DNA of 64,000 nt, from the IMG/VR virus record IMGVR_UViG_3300027902_000007, one strand, 5' to 3'. A program made the position numbers and the translations under genes. The stretch's first letter is position 1. Every line of letters starts with the position of its first letter. The notes beneath the pieces were generated by a model. It had not been told where the DNA came from. It did no database searches and saw only the letters and a program-made list of their open reading frames with translations. Positions 10,072-19,915 of this stretch are shown piece by piece. The DNA is from an uncultured virus (IMG/VR IMGVR_UViG_3300027902_000007) (taxonomy: Duplodnaviria > Heunggongvirae > Uroviricota > Caudoviricetes).

Positions 10072-10513
10072 TCAGCGGCCTGATGACGAGTGGTGAGTTT
10101 GTCGGTGCCGGAATGACGCCGGCAGCAATCAATGCCTGTCGAACTGATGAAGCGTGGAACCGGTATTCCTTGCCGGACCTCGCCGATTTTGCTAAGACGT
10201 TGTACCTTCGGCGGTTACGGTTGAGACCAGAAATTGTGTAAGTGTCATTTTCAAATGTAAATGATTTGCCAAAGTGTTCTGGCCGGAGGTTGTACCAGCT
10301 GCAATATTTTTCAAACTCAATTTTGTGCATGTCCGCGGCCGGACGGCCATTGGTTATGACGCAACGCACTTTGGCTTGGAATGATTCCGGTAGGAAAGTG
10401 ATGCGGCCAACATCAAAGGCCATTCCGTACTTGTCGCCGACCGCTTTCAAAGCTGCATTGATGTCTGACCGGATGTCCTCGAGATTGATCTTGTTGAAGT
10501 TTGCTATTGTCAT
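10037..10513 (-). CDS. hypothetical phage protein (probable start MTIANF)
   Basis: long ORF with ATGA overlap to an upstream small ORF. Confidence 0.55.
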   Translation of the reverse strand: MTIANFNKINLEDIRSDINAALKAVGDKYGMAFDVGRITFLPESFQAKVRCVITNGRPAADMHKIEFEKYCSWYNLRPEHFGKSFTFENDTYTISGLNRNRRRYNVLAKSARSGKEYRFHASSVRQALIAAGVIPAPTNSPLVIRPLNAAAGGNDVHR

Positions 10514-10674
10514 AACTTCCCCTCTCTTTGCATCGCAATGGCTTTTTTCAGTTCCTTCTTGTATTCGGCCCAAGAGAGGGAGCCGCCCAAATATTCGTTA
10601 GACAAAGCAACTAATTTTCTTGCTAGTGCTCTTTTTCCTTGGTTCATTTAATCCTCCTGTAGTGGGTTTCCTTT

Positions 10675-10723
10675 TCCTAATAGAATAGTCAGGTCGTAGA
10701 AGGCTGCGAGCGTCCAAATGTGG
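10675..10723 (-). promoter_or_regulatory. bipartite phage promoter-like element
   Basis: CCACATTT-N24-TGACTATTCTATTAGGA. Confidence 0.7.
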
Positions 10724-10824
10724 TCTTCCAAGTGGTTGATTTCTATAACCTTACGGGGAGGGGCGCGTTTTAGGTCAATCAAATCTAGCAGGAGACGTAG
10801 AGGGCCACATTTGGACGCTTCAAA

Positions 10825-10856
10825 TGACATCAGATGTCAAGTGTCATCGGATGTCA
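10825..10856. promoter_or_regulatory. two copies of a near-palindromic TGACATCNGATGWCA site
   Basis: TGACATCAGATGTCA (10825-10839) and TGTCATCGGATGTCA (10842-10856); same motif as in the 24.3-24.5 kb repeats. Confidence 0.5.
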
Positions 10857-11330
10857 ATTATGTCTCGTCGTGGTCAGATTGGGCTGTGCCGAACTTATTT
10901 GAGATTGTGGTTGTTCCGTCGCAGGGGTCGCTTACAACTATCCTGTCTGTGATACCCCGTATGTAGCGACTGCCACCGGCATCCTCGACCACCTGCTTCA
11001 CGGCATCGAAGTCCCTGTCATAAGATGGTAGGCAACTTACCGCATCGTGTAATTCCTGGGCGTTACCAGACCTGATGGCGTCCCTTATCCGGCGTTCGTT
11101 TTGCCAGTTCATTTGGAGTCCTACAGTGGGTTATTTCCGGCTTCTATGCGGCTCATGATGCTGTTAGCCTCAGCCTGTTCATTGATCCGTTCAGCCTCAA
11201 GTTCCGCCGCCTGTGTGTTGAGAATTTCCTCTTGATCGGGAGTGTACTTCTGACCCGGGATGAAGACTTTCCCCGGTTGGGCGCCTGCCATTCCGATACT
11301 GTCCGTTGCATGTAACATGGGTTATCTCCT

Positions 11331-11508
11331 TCCTAGTATAATAGTCATGTTCCGTAAGGCTGATCTCCCAAAATGTGGCCCTCTCTACGCCTTTTATACC
11401 ATCAAACCCGTTTTCTACGTGTTACTCTATAAGTCATTAGAAACCAACGCCTTAGAAGGCCACATTTGGCTCCCGCAGCTTACGCCCAGCATGACTATTC
11501 TATTAGGA
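11331..11508. promoter_or_regulatory. divergent pair of bipartite promoter-like elements
   Basis: minus copy 11331-11378 (N23 spacer, TGACTATTATACTAGGA) and plus copy 11460-11508 (N24 spacer, TGACTATTCTATTAGGA). Confidence 0.7.
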
Positions 11509-11537
11509 AAAGGAACACAACCAAACAGGAGGAAACA

Positions 11538-12389
11538 ATGGAAAACAAGAACGCAGACGTAGCAGTTGACGATCTCACGCAGGCCGAGAAAGACCTCATC
11601 ATCGCCCAAAGGAACAAAAAAGCGGCCGAAGATGCCGAAAAGGTCGCAAAGCAGAATTTGGAAAAGGCCGGCAAAATCGAGAAGATGAAGCAGTTGGCCA
11701 AAGAATTTTCTATCCAGAAAAACCAGCTCAAATCGGCGTACCAGAATGTCCTTGCGGAACTCAATTACAACCAGCCGAACGGCTACAAACTCATCGCCAC
11801 TCCGGCTTCGCAATATTTCGAGGCCACAAACGGCGCATGGAGCTCTGAGGCAAAAGTCATTTATGACAAAATGACCGTAGAATACAGCACTTACGAAATC
11901 CACTCGACACGGCAACTCTCAACCGACTCATATCGGCAGGTTTACATCACAGTTTCATTTGAAGACGGAGCGTACCGGCTTTCAATCCATGGAGTTCAGG
12001 ACAATGACCGCCATTACAAAAAGGTCACCACGGTCATCGAGAAAATCAATTCTTTCTTCACGGCCCACGACAACGAGATCCTCAGGAAACAACGCGCGAC
12101 TACCTTAGCGGAACGCGCGCTAGTCGCCGTTCAGAAAAAGCATCCCGAGGCGACGGTCACAGCCGAGCACCAAGACCACTACAGGGAAGCTCGGCGGTAC
12201 CGGAGAGAACTTTACGCGACCACTAATTACATCTGCGCAAAGTTTCCCAATGACGCGACGATATCATATCTCTACTCGGAGCGCGACGGCGAGGTTGAAC
12301 TTAAAGTGTACACTTACAATCTGTCATCAATCGACCAGGACGCAATTTTAAATTTCCTCATAACCGCTCCAAAGAAACCCACAAAGTAG
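11538..12389 (+). CDS. hypothetical protein (start MENKNA)
   Basis: AGGAGG RBS; sits between a promoter-like element and a terminator. Confidence 0.65.
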   Translation: MENKNADVAVDDLTQAEKDLIIAQRNKKAAEDAEKVAKQNLEKAGKIEKMKQLAKEFSIQKNQLKSAYQNVLAELNYNQPNGYKLIATPASQYFEATNGAWSSEAKVIYDKMTVEYSTYEIHSTRQLSTDSYRQVYITVSFEDGAYRLSIHGVQDNDRHYKKVTTVIEKINSFFTAHDNEILRKQRATTLAERALVAVQKKHPEATVTAEHQDHYREARRYRRELYATTNYICAKFPNDATISYLYSERDGEVELKVYTYNLSSIDQDAILNFLITAPKKPTK

Positions 12390-12415
12390 TTCCTCTTGTG
12401 TTTCCTTCCTAGAGC

Positions 12416-12441
12416 AGCGGCCGAAAGGCCGCTCTCTTTTT
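12416..12441 (+). terminator. intrinsic terminator
   Basis: AGCGGCC-GAAA-GGCCGCT hairpin followed by CTCTTTTT. Confidence 0.7.
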
Positions 12442-12498
12442 GTGCTGTCGACGAGCTGTGACGCTGCAGGGCACGTCTAAATGTGGCCTTAACAGGGC

Positions 12499-12530
12499 AA
12501 AAAAAAGCTCGGAGAAAATTCTCCGAGCTC
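12499..12530 (-). terminator. intrinsic terminator
   Basis: AGCTCGGAGAA/TTCTCCGAGCT inverted repeat with a T-tract on the minus strand, downstream of the 108-aa ORF. Confidence 0.65.
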
Positions 12531-12545
12531 TTATTCGTTTGGCAG

Positions 12546-12872
12546 TTATGCCGCTTCGGCAGCCTCTTCCACTTTCTTTTCCCGCTTGCTCTTGCCCGGA
12601 AGCGCGTTGACCGCGTCCACGACAGCCGCGTTGACAATGTCGGCCAGCGCCGGATTTTTCGCGATGGCGACGTCAATCCGCTTGAACAGCTTTTCGGGCA
12701 GCTTCGAGAGGTGCATGCCCTTGACGGCTTTCTTCACGGCCTTTTTGACCATCGTCCGTGATTTCCGGAGAGTGCGGTTGAGCTTTGCCTGCTTGATCGT
12801 GAGCCTTTTACGGGGCGCCCGTTTCGCCCTTTTCTTTTTGCGGGTGATCTTCAATGACTTCTCTTTCGACAT
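12546..12872 (-). CDS. very basic Lys/Arg/Ala-rich small protein (putative nucleic-acid-binding)
   Basis: KITRKKKRAKRAPRKR...KKAVKKAVK composition; GGAGG RBS; own terminator. Confidence 0.6.
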   Translation of the reverse strand: MSKEKSLKITRKKKRAKRAPRKRLTIKQAKLNRTLRKSRTMVKKAVKKAVKGMHLSKLPEKLFKRIDVAIAKNPALADIVNAAVVDAVNALPGKSKREKKVEEAAEAA

Positions 12873-13134
12873 GAGACCCTCCTTTGAGTTAAGGTAGACA
12901 TCAAATTTATATGCAAATCAAACTAGCGAGTGGCGGGTTACCAAGCCCACCTACTCTCCCCATTTTCTTCCCCGGCACTTGCGCAACAGTACGAGTATCG
13001 CCGATGTGATTTTTAGCAGTTGGTTTCTGCCATTATGCCCTCGCTAGTTCGACTTCAACGCGTCTAAATGTGGTATGTCAAAGAGCTAAAAAGGAGGAGC
13101 GACTTTCGCCGCTCACTCCCTATTTCCCCTTCCC

Positions 13135-13569
13135 CTAGTCGGTTGGATTGGACGTTCCGTTTGATGCTTCCTGCTGCGACATTTCTGCTTCCGCATTCAG
13201 GAGAGAGAACTTGACGGAGCTGGCACCGATCGCCTTGAAAAACTTCGTCAACAGAGCCTGCACCTTGGTGGTGCCGTTCTTGCCCTGGCGGACAGCATGT
13301 GAGAGAAGAACGTCGGTGTGGGCCTGGAGGCCGATGAAATTGATACCGACTTTCGACATGTTCTTCGCCTTTTCCGTCAGGTGGAACTGGCTCATGAAAT
13401 TTTGGTTGACGTGAATGATGTTGGCCGGTACGTGCCGCCAGTCAGCCAGGCCACGCACCGAAATCGCCGAGATGCCGTTAAGGTTAAAGGCATTCGGGAA
13501 GTTGACGATGCCGGTAAGGTTGAGCCCGACATCCTCGGTGTTGAAATTGAGCGTTACTTCTTGTGGCAT
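13135..13569 (-). CDS. hypothetical protein downstream of the COOH-NH2 ligase
   Basis: AGGAGG RBS; followed by a hairpin at about 13092-13119. Confidence 0.6.
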   Translation of the reverse strand: MPQEVTLNFNTEDVGLNLTGIVNFPNAFNLNGISAISVRGLADWRHVPANIIHVNQNFMSQFHLTEKAKNMSKVGINFIGLQAHTDVLLSHAVRQGKNGTTKVQALLTKFFKAIGASSVKFSLLNAEAEMSQQEASNGTSNPTD

Positions 13570-13647
13570 TGAAGCCTCCTTGGTTAAGTGAATAATCAGT
13601 TGTTTTTTGTTTTCATGGATCGTTTTTTGCAGTCAATCTGCGGCGAC

Positions 13648-14877
13648 CTATTCTCTACGCAACTTGGTGCGCGCACCGGTTTCAATAAGTTCAACAATCT
13701 GCGGCACCAGATCACCACAACTTGCGTTAAAAAAGATTGCATTCGCAAGGGGTTCGGTCGAACCCGAATTGCGTTGATAAAGTTCCACGAACCTTGTCCG
13801 GACATTTTTGCCGCGACGGACCTTCAAGTACCTTCTCAACGACTTGCTGAAATATATGGTATTTGGCCGTAACCGAATATCCCTGGTAAGCCGTAAGTGC
13901 CACGGCGTGTGGTCCTGGGTCAATGCGTATATTTTTACTTCCGGCAATCCGAACCGACAGACTTTTGCGACCGTCTCCTGGTTGAACTCCGCGTTGCCCT
14001 TAATCAACTTAATCTGACAAACCTGCAATTGGATTCGTTCCGTGCCGCTACGACCGTCAAATACCATGATTGGCTGGGTCTGGGGCACCGTCCACATCTC
14101 AACGACGTTGGGATTGTTCATCTTGTACGTCCTTGAGAAAATTACCCGCTTGAAATTTGCGACTTGATTTTGGTAGTACCTTTGGGCTGCTGCGGGAGAC
14201 TGCGGTATCAAAATGTTGTAATCTCTTTTCCTCGCGGCTCGTTTGCCGGCGGCTATGAATTGGTCAAAGGCGGCGGGTTTTATCTGCCACATGTCCACTA
14301 TCCTCTCCGATAGTGCTAGTGTGGCCTCCGTGAGGTATGGGTCGGACAGCCACGACGGTGGTGTCCGATATTCAAAGCCGCCGTGCGATTTTGTCTCGAT
14401 ATCGGAGAGGGCACCGTAACAGCTGGAGCCCCTTTTGCCACCGATAACTTTTTTCATTCGGCGGCCGATAAAAAAATCAAAAGCGTAGATGAGTTTGTGG
14501 TCGGGATTTACTGTGTCCAGATTCAACTGTCGCATGCCACGGTTCCGCTGGCGGGTGAACGAATCATAATGTTGCCGTAAGGGGACGCCGCCAATGTGGA
14601 TGTGCCCGCCGATTGAACAACCGGTGCCCACCCCTCCGCCGGCCATGATTTTGGCATTTGGGCTCGACCGCTTGATGTGTTGGAAGAGTGCTTTGATATG
14701 GCTAGTTACCTCGCTGGCGGTTCCGGGCCGGGGCCGGAGTTCGCCTACACGGCCTCCGTGGTCGGTACCAATTTCGCCATGTTCCGTGCTGTTGTAACTA
14801 AGGCCTGAAGCATCGAGGACATTGTTGCTGCCGTCAACGACTAAAAATTCTGGGTCAGCTCCTATTTTGACAGGCAT
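13648..14877 (-). CDS. COOH-NH2 ligase type 2 (phiEco32-like amidoligase)
   Basis: IGADPEF, G.D....ELRP, GGHIHIG and FEYRTPPSWL motifs. Confidence 0.85.
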   Translation of the reverse strand: MPVKIGADPEFLVVDGSNNVLDASGLSYNSTEHGEIGTDHGGRVGELRPRPGTASEVTSHIKALFQHIKRSSPNAKIMAGGGVGTGCSIGGHIHIGGVPLRQHYDSFTRQRNRGMRQLNLDTVNPDHKLIYAFDFFIGRRMKKVIGGKRGSSCYGALSDIETKSHGGFEYRTPPSWLSDPYLTEATLALSERIVDMWQIKPAAFDQFIAAGKRAARKRDYNILIPQSPAAAQRYYQNQVANFKRVIFSRTYKMNNPNVVEMWTVPQTQPIMVFDGRSGTERIQLQVCQIKLIKGNAEFNQETVAKVCRFGLPEVKIYALTQDHTPWHLRLTRDIRLRPNTIYFSKSLRRYLKVRRGKNVRTRFVELYQRNSGSTEPLANAIFFNASCGDLVPQIVELIETGARTKLRRE

Positions 14878-14905
14878 CCTTTTCTCCTTGAGAGGTTAAT
14901 CCTTT

Positions 14906-14953
14906 GCCTAATGGTATAATCATGTGCATGTCCATGCGCGTGTCATAAAGTGG
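14906..14953 (-). promoter_or_regulatory. bipartite promoter-like element (variant box CCACTTTA)
   Basis: CCACTTTA-N23-TGATTATACCATTAGGC upstream of the ligase. Confidence 0.55.
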
Positions 14954-15168
14954 CACTCTAAGTGGTTATCCTGAAATAACCTATAGCGAAGTTTGACTTT
15001 TTACACATTGAAACACTAGAATCTGTATATTTCCCAAGGGCCATCTTTAGAACCTCTATGAAGTTCCCAGACGAAGAAAACTTGGGCCTAAAGGGATATA
15101 TAATAGACCAATCGGTGCACATCCGAAGCCTCATCCCATAAGTCTATAGAAATCAACCACTTAGAAGA

Positions 15169-15217
15169 CCACATTTGGACGCGGCTGAGCTGGCCGGACA
15201 TGACTATAGTATTAGGA
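15169..15217 (+). promoter_or_regulatory. bipartite phage promoter-like element
   Basis: CCACATTT-N24-TGACTATAGTATTAGGA. Confidence 0.7.
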
Positions 15218-15249
15218 AAAAGGAAACCTTAAACAATAGGAGGATTCGT

Positions 15250-15900
15250 ATGGCAAAGGACAAGGTCGTTATTCCTGACCTCAACATCAAGATGGCAGCT
15301 GGCAAGACGAAGAAAGATGACAAGCCAGAACGCCTCACAATCGCCAGCCCGCTCCTCACCGAGGAGATGACGGAAGTTTCCAAAGGGTACAAAGGCAAGG
15401 TCATCAATGTCGTGGACACCGCCATCGCAACCGCACAGGAGATTGAAAGCCTGAACGCGGAACTTGGCGGACTCGAAAAAGTCCTGAAGACCGAAGCCGG
15501 AACCGCGAAGGACAAGGAAATCAAGGCCGGCAACTTCGTAAAAACGGTCGACGTCACCGGTTCACAAATGAAAATCCAGATCCAGTTCCGCGATTCCTAC
15601 TCCAAAATGGACATCACCATGAAGGACCCGTTGAAGCAGATCTTCGGCGACAAGTTCGAGATCATGTTTGAGGTCACCGAGATCGAAACCCTGCGGAACG
15701 AGAAAAAGCCGGAACTCAAGGCGCTCCTCGGCACCCGTTACGAGGACTTCTTCAACATCGACCGGTCAGTCAAGCCGACCAATGAATTCCAGCACAACTA
15801 CTTCGCACTCAGGAAGTCGCTGAAGCCCGAGCAGCTGGCAACGGTCGAAAAAGTTCAGGCCGCTTGCATGTCGTCACCGGCGGTCAAGTACCCAAAGTAA
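15250..15900 (+). CDS. hypothetical Lys/Glu-rich protein (start MAKDKV)
   Basis: AGGAGG RBS; codons mostly end in C/G. Confidence 0.7.
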   Translation: MAKDKVVIPDLNIKMAAGKTKKDDKPERLTIASPLLTEEMTEVSKGYKGKVINVVDTAIATAQEIESLNAELGGLEKVLKTEAGTAKDKEIKAGNFVKTVDVTGSQMKIQIQFRDSYSKMDITMKDPLKQIFGDKFEIMFEVTEIETLRNEKKPELKALLGTRYEDFFNIDRSVKPTNEFQHNYFALRKSLKPEQLATVEKVQAACMSSPAVKYPK

Positions 15901-15945
15901 AGGACGATCGAAACTAAAACAATCACTCAACCCGAGAGGATGATT

Positions 15946-16329
15946 ATGGCAAAGACACTGGTAGGAAAAGCCGAGATCGTGGGCGACCCGAAGCTCACAA
16001 TCGTCAAGGCGTTCCGGATCGCTAACAAGCGGGCCGGAGAGGCGAAGCGGCTGGCGGCCGATGAAAATGCGGCGACAGACGTCAAGGCAGGGGCGACCAA
16101 GATGTTCGAGGATTACTGCGAGAGCCTGCGGGCCCTGGCGGAAAAAGCCGAACAGAACGGCTTCCACATCTGGGTGAACTTCAACGGCAAGACCGGCCAC
16201 ACTTACGAAAAGGATTACAAGCCGAGTGCCGATGAGGACAACGACTTCGAGGCCCACAAGGCGAGACTCGAGGAACAGGCCGCGGCAATCGAGGATGCGA
16301 TTTTTCCGGCGACGGAGTCGGTGAACTAA
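15946..16329 (+). CDS. hypothetical protein
   Basis: GAGAGGA RBS; co-oriented with its neighbours. Confidence 0.6.
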   Translation: MAKTLVGKAEIVGDPKLTIVKAFRIANKRAGEAKRLAADENAATDVKAGATKMFEDYCESLRALAEKAEQNGFHIWVNFNGKTGHTYEKDYKPSADEDNDFEAHKARLEEQAAAIEDAIFPATESVN

Positions 16330-16611
16330 ACCACATTTTGGGAGTTGCGAGAGCAAGTAGCATTCACAGCAAGGGTCGATGCAAATTGCGAGTAACTCCC
16401 ACTTCTTTTTGGGAACAATATGGACATCATTCTCAAAAGTAAACGCCCTAAAAAAGCAACACATCAACCCAAACCGAAGCATCGGTCGCGCGAACAGGTG
16501 TGGCCACAAGATTTTGTTGGCAGACCGCATGACCTTGCGGAAATCGTTGAGGCAAAAATCAACTCGCAAACGTGCGATGAGGACGATGCTTAACCACATT
16601 TAGAGGACCAC

Positions 16612-17331
16612 ATGAAAACATTTCTGGTATTCGTCTACGGCTCACTCCTCCGCGGACTTCACAATTACCATTTTTTACTCGACACCCTCGAGGTGAAGTT
16701 CATCCGGAGAGACTTTATACGTGCAAAACTTTACACGGCTCATTGGGGCTGGCCCTTCATGGTATTTTCTCAGTCCAGTAAAGACCGACTCATGGGCGAG
16801 GTCTACGAGGTGCCGCACAATGTGTTTAAAAACATGGACGGCCTCGAAGGTTACCATCCCGGGCGCAAGGACTGTCTTTTCATTCGTAAACAAGCTCACA
16901 CAAAGTCGGGTTTGACCGTATACGTCTACGAGGGCGGGCCCGGGCTAAGGAACAGATGCTGCCACGAGATTAAAAACAGCCCTGCTGGTTTTGTCAACTG
17001 GCGAGCAGTCATGAGGACGATAACAATTTGGGCTAATCGAGAGGAAGACTCCGAAGGGCGGCCTTTCGGCAACTGCATTGGCTATCAAAATCGTGAATTG
17101 GCCGTCCGTAAATTCGTCAAGGAAGGGCACGCTATTGAGCATCCCAGAGCTGAAATGTCGTGGTATGAAATCAAACGTGAAGAACGACGTGCAAACTTTG
17201 AAGGAATTGTCCTCAAACCAAAAACAAAATCTGACTTTTCTGGAATGATTAAGATGAAAAAGACTCCCGGGTGCGATCTAAAAAATGCAATGGTCGACCA
17301 ATTAAGCGGCAACACACCTCATCCATTTTGA
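16612..17331 (+). CDS. gamma-glutamylcyclotransferase (AIG2/YtfP-like) with C-terminal extension
   Basis: VFVYGSLLRGLHN, GEVYEV, DGLEGY and VYVY motifs. Confidence 0.8.
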   Translation: MKTFLVFVYGSLLRGLHNYHFLLDTLEVKFIRRDFIRAKLYTAHWGWPFMVFSQSSKDRLMGEVYEVPHNVFKNMDGLEGYHPGRKDCLFIRKQAHTKSGLTVYVYEGGPGLRNRCCHEIKNSPAGFVNWRAVMRTITIWANREEDSEGRPFGNCIGYQNRELAVRKFVKEGHAIEHPRAEMSWYEIKREERRANFEGIVLKPKTKSDFSGMIKMKKTPGCDLKNAMVDQLSGNTPHPF

Positions 17332-17338
17332 GGGAAAT

Positions 17339-17869
17339 ATGTTTTTCATATTCGGGTACGGCTCACTCATATCGCCCATCGGCATTAACAATAGGAACAT
17401 GGTGCGCTTCTATCGCGAGGACGACCTAAAAGAGGCCTCACTGACTGGCTACCGTCGTGAGTGGAACACGGTGTGGGACGGTAGAAAGTACCTCGGCATC
17501 GTCCCAGATCCTGACTGCACCGTTAACGGTGTACTTTTTCCAATCTCTCCTGAGGACCTCGTACCCTTTAAAGAGAGCGAGGGCATTGGAAAGACTCCGC
17601 CCATGTACGATCTGGTCGACGTCACCTCACATTTTTTTACTTACAACGAGGTTGGCATCTCTCCTCAGCACATTGTCGGTGAATTAAAACACAAGATCTT
17701 CACGTGTGTGACTTGCAATCCGACAACAGACGGCCAAGTACCTGATTATTACCTTGACATCTTAAACGAAGGCTTCATCGTCAGAGGCACATCTTTCACA
17801 AAGCGATTCATAAAAACAACTTATCCAAAGGGCATCCTCAAGAGCCGATTTGGCCTCAAGCACTGGTGA
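17339..17869 (+). CDS. gamma-glutamylcyclotransferase, paralog of 7316-7822
   Basis: IFGYGSL, GYRREWN, NGVLFP, SEG and TTYPK are shared with the 7.3-7.8 kb ORF. Confidence 0.75.
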   Translation: MFFIFGYGSLISPIGINNRNMVRFYREDDLKEASLTGYRREWNTVWDGRKYLGIVPDPDCTVNGVLFPISPEDLVPFKESEGIGKTPPMYDLVDVTSHFFTYNEVGISPQHIVGELKHKIFTCVTCNPTTDGQVPDYYLDILNEGFIVRGTSFTKRFIKTTYPKGILKSRFGLKHW

Positions 17870-17872
17870 CCT

Positions 17873-18490
17873 ATGATACAACTATTCTACCCGCCCAAGC
17901 CCACAAGGATCTGGCCTGAGTCAAACATCTTCAGGCGCCTAAGCAAAGACCCCCGGTGGGATGCCGAGATCAAGTACAACGGCTGGCGCATCCTCCTTTA
18001 CAAAGTAACAAGGGACAAGATAATCATCTACAATAATAAAGGCGGCGTCATCGACATCAACCACAAGATCTTCATGCCACATTTTGTCGACATCCCAATA
18101 GAATCCATAATTGACGGCGAGCTCGTCCACTTTCGCACCACGGACCTCAAGAACATTATGGTCTTCTGGGACATGCCCTTCTACGATGGTAGAGATCTAC
18201 GCAAACAACCCTTGTCAAACCGGAGGTCTTACCTCAGCTTTTTTGCTACAGCTCCCCAAACTCTACAGTTTAAAGACACGGCTCAGATCTTTAAAACTCA
18301 ACAGTTTTCGGACGGGGCAGAACTGTACGACACAGTCATCAAGAGGAATAATCCCATTGAGGAAGGCATTGTCTATAAGGAGATACTCAGTACTTACGAG
18401 TGGAATATAAAGAGATGTCCTGAGATCCTCTCATGGCTTAAGTGTAAAAAGGTAGGCGACGCCTCCATGGTGGATAAAGATGCTGCATAA
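17873..18490 (+). CDS. ATP-dependent ligase-like nucleotidyltransferase (adenylation domain only)
   Basis: EIKYNGWR (I), IDGEL (III), FWD (IIIa), EGIVYK (IV), WLKCK (V); no OB domain. Confidence 0.75.
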   Translation: MIQLFYPPKPTRIWPESNIFRRLSKDPRWDAEIKYNGWRILLYKVTRDKIIIYNNKGGVIDINHKIFMPHFVDIPIESIIDGELVHFRTTDLKNIMVFWDMPFYDGRDLRKQPLSNRRSYLSFFATAPQTLQFKDTAQIFKTQQFSDGAELYDTVIKRNNPIEEGIVYKEILSTYEWNIKRCPEILSWLKCKKVGDASMVDKDAA

Positions 18491-18602
18491 AACACGTAGA
18501 AATCAATCTATGATAATGTACCAGTTTGTAAATTTCAACATGATTATACTAGTAGGCTTAATCAAAGGAGGGCTTGCACCGAGAATAGCAAAGGATGTAA
18601 CT

Positions 18603-19070
18603 ATGAAAGCCAAAGTGCAACCCATATCATCACCGGAATTAGAAGAAGAAAAGGAAGAGCCAAATACCCAACTGCAAGATTTAAGGAGCAGAATAATACA
18701 GCTGGAAAACGCCTTTGACTCGTCTCAATATAGCATCGGAATAATCAATGAGTTTCTCAATATCCTATCGAGGCACGCCATTGGCAAGCAGATCGTCAAC
18801 CGCGCCGTCAACCTCTACAAGCTCAACCAATTACGGTATGTCGTGCTACCCAGACGTAAGATACAACTCCAGGAGATATCGGAGCAGCCGATGCCAAAAG
18901 GAATTCGGGACTCTTTCGTCAAGAGGGAGCTTGTGTTAATAAAAAATGCGACAAGGGCTATTAATAAGAGGGCGATATTCGAAAAGAAGGCTTGCGAGTC
19001 ACTCCAGCAATTCTTCGACAAGCTAGTTGACTTAAATAAACATGCTCAAAGGTCTCTGTCACAACAATAG
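18603..19070 (+). CDS. hypothetical coiled-coil protein
   Basis: co-oriented ORF; start uncertain (18480 or 18603). Confidence 0.5.
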   Translation: MKAKVQPISSPELEEEKEEPNTQLQDLRSRIIQLENAFDSSQYSIGIINEFLNILSRHAIGKQIVNRAVNLYKLNQLRYVVLPRRKIQLQEISEQPMPKGIRDSFVKRELVLIKNATRAINKRAIFEKKACESLQQFFDKLVDLNKHAQRSLSQQ

Positions 19071-19106
19071 ACGCACCATTTAACCTTAACATTGTAGGAG
19101 GATCCC

Positions 19107-19859
19107 ATGCCCGAACTGAAAGACGCCGTCGATAAGACTGGCGCAGCAGAAACCGGAACACCTCCGGCAACGGCCACCGAAAAGGTCGCAACCGGAACCA
19201 CACCGGCAGTCGTCGATGCCACCGTCGTTGAAGGCGGCAAGAAAGAGAAAGGCAAAAAGGAGAAGGCCAAGGCGAAAACCGAGGCTGCATCCGAGGATGC
19301 CGGCACCGGAAAGAAAGAAAAGAAAGCGAAAACCGAGACCGCCGAGACCGAGGACAAGCTCCGCAGGCCGCCCATGGAACAGCTGGTCAGGGATTTCGAG
19401 AACCACCTGAAGAACCTGGAAGTCGGCGGCAAGAAACTGGAGAAGCTCGAGTACAAGTGCGGCAAAGTCATCTACGGCCTCAAGGTTGAGAATGCGAAAG
19501 ATTTCAGGGTCATCGCCTTCAAGGCACGGAAAAAGACCAAGACGGTCCAGGGGAAGTCCCGCTGCATATTCTACTTCGGCATCTCCGAGGACCTCGCCAA
19601 GGCGCAGAAGATCACCGGCACCTCCACCACCGAATTCGGAAAATGTTCGGTGCAGGTCAAAAAGCCCATCCAGCTCGTCCTCGACAAGACCTCCTTCACC
19701 GAGAATTTCGGCGGTGACGTGGAGAAAGTCATGACGGCCCTCAAGTCCCTCTCAGAACTTGCGGTGGACAACAAGAACGACCAGTGGACCGAGCTGCAGG
19801 AGAAGGCCAAGGCGAAAGATTCCAAGAAGGCGAAAGCTAAGGAAGCCGTCGACGAATAA
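19107..19859 (+). CDS. Lys/Glu/Ala-rich hypothetical protein
   Basis: AGGAGG RBS, C/G-ending codons, followed by a terminator. Confidence 0.7.
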   Translation: MPELKDAVDKTGAAETGTPPATATEKVATGTTPAVVDATVVEGGKKEKGKKEKAKAKTEAASEDAGTGKKEKKAKTETAETEDKLRRPPMEQLVRDFENHLKNLEVGGKKLEKLEYKCGKVIYGLKVENAKDFRVIAFKARKKTKTVQGKSRCIFYFGISEDLAKAQKITGTSTTEFGKCSVQVKKPIQLVLDKTSFTENFGGDVEKVMTALKSLSELAVDNKNDQWTELQEKAKAKDSKKAKAKEAVDE

Positions 19860-19888
19860 TTCTCGGGCATTCGTCGATCCTTTGGGAA

Positions 19889-19915
19889 GGGAGGACTCCG
19901 GTCCTCCCTTTTTTT
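19889..19915 (+). terminator. intrinsic terminator
   Basis: GGGAGGAC-TCCG-GTCCTCCC hairpin followed by TTTTTTT. Confidence 0.75.

Noticed and set aside
12929..12945. GTGGCGGGTTACCAA resembles the 3' end of a c-di-GMP-I riboswitch
   Set aside because: The upstream GGCAAAC/GNRA tetraloop elements are absent and the orientation is opposite to the flanking genes.
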